Shown here: one piece after another, positions 21,542 through 24,715 of the stretch
How the letters are laid out: every line of letters begins with the position of its first letter
Position numbering within the stretch: the first letter of the stretch is position 1
From: a virus
Lineage: Duplodnaviria; Heunggongvirae; Uroviricota; Caudoviricetes
Strand: one strand, 5' to 3'
Virus record (IMG/VR): IMGVR_UViG_3300017788_000010
Length of the DNA: 24,715 bases
Position numbers and translations under genes: made by a program
Notes under the pieces: model-generated
Database searches by the model: none
What the model saw: the letters and a program-made list of their open reading frames with translations, nothing else
Told to the model about the DNA's origin: nothing

Positions 21542-23865
21542 GATATGACTCCTCTGTACTTGACAAAGACTTCCCAATCAACGTCCACAACAGAGAAGTC
21601 CTGAGATGTAGGTGTGGCGGTTACTAAAATCCCGTGCTTATCAGCATCTAGCACAACTGCGCCTACACCAGACGACCTATCAGCGGCCTGGTTAGGAACA
21701 ATTTGCGCTACAAGCTCTCCTAGCTCAACGGCCTTGGGCGATCCAAACTGGGTGGCTGTTCCTATAACATTACCTTGGCCTGCACGACCGGAAGCGAATG
21801 CCCGGCCTTTCTCGTAGTATTGTCGTAGTGTAATAGCCGCGTCAGGAGCTTTGTTATACTCAAGAGATGTGAAGAAACCGACGGCTGCGCGAGCATTATA
21901 CAAAATGTGCGATAGCTCAGATCCTGTAGCTGATATGGTTATGAAAAAGCTTACCTGGTTAACAGCAGCTCCTACAGCAGTAGACGATACTAGCAGCTCA
22001 CCAGAGGTGCGAACAGCTTGCGTAGTAAATTTCGAAATGACCTGTGTCTCATCATCTTGCACAGATAGATAAGCGATGCCTATTGATAGGTTGCTTGGAG
22101 AATCCGTGGTGTAATCAATTCCGAATGTCATACCGGACCCAACCATCTCATAAGCAGCGGGAACGCGGTACTCCAGTACGATACTTCCTGTAGAGGACAC
22201 GCTGGTGGTTATCTTTAGAGCAGGCAATAGAGACCCTGTCTCTACTGTACGAATTACGCGCGATATTGTCTCGCCCTTTGTTAAAAGAGACATTGTCGTA
22301 GCCATCCAGCCGTCCGCAGCAGCTGGAGAGTTTGGAGTGAAGCTGAACACCTGCTCCGTATCTGCATCAGGTATAGCCAGTCGCCCAGCTGTGGTCAGTT
22401 TAGACCAGTGAGAGAAATCACCGTTGGCTATGAGGTTGGGAACGACCTTGGTAAAAGATAGCAGGCCTAAATCATTCAAAGACAGTGTGTTAAACACAGC
22501 GTCTGTTAAAGTGAACAATACGCCAATGCTATTTATTTTTACTTTCTTGGAACCGATGAATCCGCTAGCAGGTATATAAAGCTTTAGAAACAACTTACGT
22601 ATACCCGCTCCCGAAGTGCGTACTATCTTAGAAAACGAGCTGCTTGCTGTAACAAATCCAGTCCCCGCTGACGAGCCTGAGTATTGAAAAGAAACCAGAT
22701 CCACGTCTGATTCAGCAACAACCATCAGATGCTTAACGGACCCTAGGTTGCCCCCGCTCATAAGATCAGTTGTGGTTATGACAACGTCCTCAGCTGGCGC
22801 CGCAGACGAGCCTGTCCATTCTATAGTAAGGGCGTTATCGACCCCGTTTATAGTAGCCACTAGGTTATCTTTGTTACCGGATACCGTGGCCACCGAAGAC
22901 AGGTCGATGCCGGACTCGTCCTCAAACGCTTCTATACGAAGATGTTGGAATACTGAATTTGATAGCAGGGCGTGGTAGTTTATGGACTTATCTGATGTGT
23001 TGACCCGTCTAGCAAAAGGTATACGTATGTCCTCAGAAGAGATGAGTCGGATAGTGCCGGCTATTTTTTTAGCTCTGGCGATGGCGAGAGGAAACAGGTC
23101 GTTCGATATATCAGGAAGGGCGTCGCGAGACACTGCCGTTCCCATAACAAGAACGCTGCCCGCGTCCGATAGGCCGTACATTACATACCGCTCGGCGCTC
23201 TCGGGCCACGCGGCTTCTTCAATAGGTTCACTGTAGGCTCCTAGAAAAGACAGTATTCGCGTACCTTCCGCATTGGCCATAGATCCTGGGAACACATATA
23301 TCCGGCGATCGTCTGTAGGAGCCACGATCGGCTTAACAGAAGAGATGCCTTCCGCCCCTTTAAGAGTGTTCGCTCTAGGAACCTGAATAACATCTGTTAC
23401 AGCTATCTGCGCACTTAACGTGCTCGAAAAAGAAAGTTGTGGGCGCACCTTTATGTAAGCTAAAGGTGTCTGCGCTTGGTTCACTACAGTAGGCAGCTCA
23501 GGCTCGGTATCTAGATTCTTTTGATTCTTACCACGTATTAGGCTATAAACCAACGTAGCTGTCGTGGATGTTGTGTAGGTGTATTCTCCAACAAGCAGAT
23601 CATACCTAGTCAGGTTAGCGTCTGCCGCCCCTACAGTAACCGCAGCGAATACGTTCTCGGTCTCTTCTATACGAACGCCTTCTTGCGTTACTAGTGTAGA
23701 GGTAGCATCCAAACCAGCTATGATGTCTAACTTGTTAGGCGCTCCCAGGTTAGGACGGACAAAGAACCCTGTGTAGATTCCAGGGACGATTATCTTAGCA
23801 AAGCGATCGTTCTGGAGACTGGAGGTATTTAACGCTCCGTAGGCTGTGATTATTCTCTGTACCAT
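21538..23865 (-). CDS. Large putative baseplate/tail structural protein (775 aa)
   Basis: Long beta-rich ORF; N-terminal PGIYTG ... RYDLLV pattern; internal NLIANGDFSHW jelly-roll-like domain start. Confidence 0.65.
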   Translation of the reverse strand: MVQRIITAYGALNTSSLQNDRFAKIIVPGIYTGFFVRPNLGAPNKLDIIAGLDATSTLVTQEGVRIEETENVFAAVTVGAADANLTRYDLLVGEYTYTTSTTATLVYSLIRGKNQKNLDTEPELPTVVNQAQTPLAYIKVRPQLSFSSTLSAQIAVTDVIQVPRANTLKGAEGISSVKPIVAPTDDRRIYVFPGSMANAEGTRILSFLGAYSEPIEEAAWPESAERYVMYGLSDAGSVLVMGTAVSRDALPDISNDLFPLAIARAKKIAGTIRLISSEDIRIPFARRVNTSDKSINYHALLSNSVFQHLRIEAFEDESGIDLSSVATVSGNKDNLVATINGVDNALTIEWTGSSAAPAEDVVITTTDLMSGGNLGSVKHLMVVAESDVDLVSFQYSGSSAGTGFVTASSSFSKIVRTSGAGIRKLFLKLYIPASGFIGSKKVKINSIGVLFTLTDAVFNTLSLNDLGLLSFTKVVPNLIANGDFSHWSKLTTAGRLAIPDADTEQVFSFTPNSPAAADGWMATTMSLLTKGETISRVIRTVETGSLLPALKITTSVSSTGSIVLEYRVPAAYEMVGSGMTFGIDYTTDSPSNLSIGIAYLSVQDDETQVISKFTTQAVRTSGELLVSSTAVGAAVNQVSFFITISATGSELSHILYNARAAVGFFTSLEYNKAPDAAITLRQYYEKGRAFASGRAGQGNVIGTATQFGSPKAVELGELVAQIVPNQAADRSSGVGAVVLDADKHGILVTATPTSQDFSVVDVDWEVFVKYRGVIS

Positions 23866-23866
23866 A

Positions 23867-24421
23867 CTAGTTAAGGTTAAACGTCAGGGTCCATTGTATG
23901 ACCAGATACTCTAAAGAAGACTTTACGTGTTTCTCAGCTCTAACCTCGCCCGGAAGTGCGGGCTCCACGTAGTGAGAGATCAAAGTGCCGTTTAGAGTCT
24001 CTAGCGTGAGCTCGTTAAGCGAGGTTGTTAATGCCTCGTACGGGCGAGCCACAGCCACGTAAGTCCAAGAGGTAGCCGACACCGTATTTGCTTGGATAAT
24101 GGGTATGCGGTATACCAGCGAGCGTATTTTGGTGTCGGTGAGCGCTGGGGCTACTCGCTCACCTGTGTCCAGCAGCGTTGTTTGATCAAGATCACCACCA
24201 GACCCTATAGAAATGTAGTAAGGCATGTAGTTCTCATAATCACGCCTAAACATCCCCGCGATTACGTCTTCCGCGCTATTAACTATCAAGTTCTTCCGGT
24301 TAAACAACGGTGTCGCTATCTTAGCAGCCGCAAAGACCTGATCCTCAGCAATATCTGCAGGAACGGTCGTTACGCACACCTTTCCAGAAAGCTTACCTAC
24401 GATAGCTGTTTGTATATTCAT
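23867..24421 (-). CDS. Putative baseplate / tail-fibre attachment protein (184 aa)
   Basis: KNLIVN ... YISIGSGG ... ALTDTKI pattern seen in phage tail-associated proteins. Confidence 0.55.
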   Translation of the reverse strand: MNIQTAIVGKLSGKVCVTTVPADIAEDQVFAAAKIATPLFNRKNLIVNSAEDVIAGMFRRDYENYMPYYISIGSGGDLDQTTLLDTGERVAPALTDTKIRSLVYRIPIIQANTVSATSWTYVAVARPYEALTTSLNELTLETLNGTLISHYVEPALPGEVRAEKHVKSSLEYLVIQWTLTFNLN

Positions 24422-24714
24422 TAGCTTAGGAAGGTTCCCGCTCTGGCGGCTAGAATCTCTAGGCGTATTGACCCTGTAATAGCAAACTGGCCATTATCCC
24501 AAATGATGTTATCCTGCGCCAACTTAGTTATTAGCTCTGACGTTATAAGAGCTGCTCCAGCGGCGCCCTTCTCCACAAAGAACGTGTTTGATCCAGTTAT
24601 ACTGGCGCGGCAGCCTAGGGTCTGTGCAGCTGGATTACTGACCAACAACCAGCCGCACGGTACCCCATAGAAATTAGCTGGTGCATTAGGCGGTACCCAA
24701 TAAGGTGTTACGCT
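24421..24714 (-). CDS. C-terminal part of a gene starting beyond the window
   Basis: Frame checked by hand is open to the window edge (SVTPYWVPPNAPANFYGVPCGWLLVSNP...). Confidence 0.6.
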   Translation of the reverse strand, partial: SVTPYWVPPNAPANFYGVPCGWLLVSNPAAQTLGCRASITGSNTFFVEKGAAGAALITSELITKLAQDNIIWDNGQFAITGSIRLEILAARAGTFLS

Positions 24715-24715
24715 T

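Noticed and set aside
646-24424. Numerous opposite-strand or off-frame ORFs in the track (e.g. 892-1101, 5166-5480, 6386-6730, 12199-12876, 22205-22411, 24092-24424)
   Set aside because: They are fully nested in better-supported genes or RNA genes and show no recognisable motifs.
1-24715. Stop-codon reassignment (alternative genetic code)
   Set aside because: Long conserved genes are intact under the standard code, TAA, TAG and TGA all end plausible genes, and no suppressor tRNA is present.

Overview
Segment of a large dsDNA (probably tailed, large or jumbo) bacteriophage genome. Both ends (1-3789 and 20954-24715) carry minus-strand, tightly overlapping virion-structural genes, including five basic proteins that share an L-[EKN]-K-[TAVS]-A motif. 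Between them is a ~17 kb plus-strand block. It contains (i) an RNA-dense array at 4.4-8.3 kb: tRNA-fMet, Gly, Lys, plus Thr(UGU) and Arg(UCU), each split by an HNH-carrying group I intron, a third HNH next to a broken tRNA half, and several unassigned structured RNAs; (ii) an SPFH - HD hydrolase - Ro60/Rsr (TROVE) gene run; (iii) lipoproteins, small hypothetical ORFs, tRNA-Ile2(CAU), a radical SAM protein and a metallophosphoesterase. The main discovery is five dispersed RNA elements interleaved with the tRNAs. They share a covarying terminal helix (GCYRGC-C-G ... UUUG-[C/U]-YRGC) resembling the Ro60-binding helix of Y RNAs, and a GUUA(C/A)C motif at fixed spacing. Two of them enclose a circularly permuted tRNA body (YrlA-like). 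Together with the Ro60 gene this suggests a phage-encoded Ro60 / multi-Y-RNA system. All calls were made by eye from sequence motifs; no database searches or folding programs were run.
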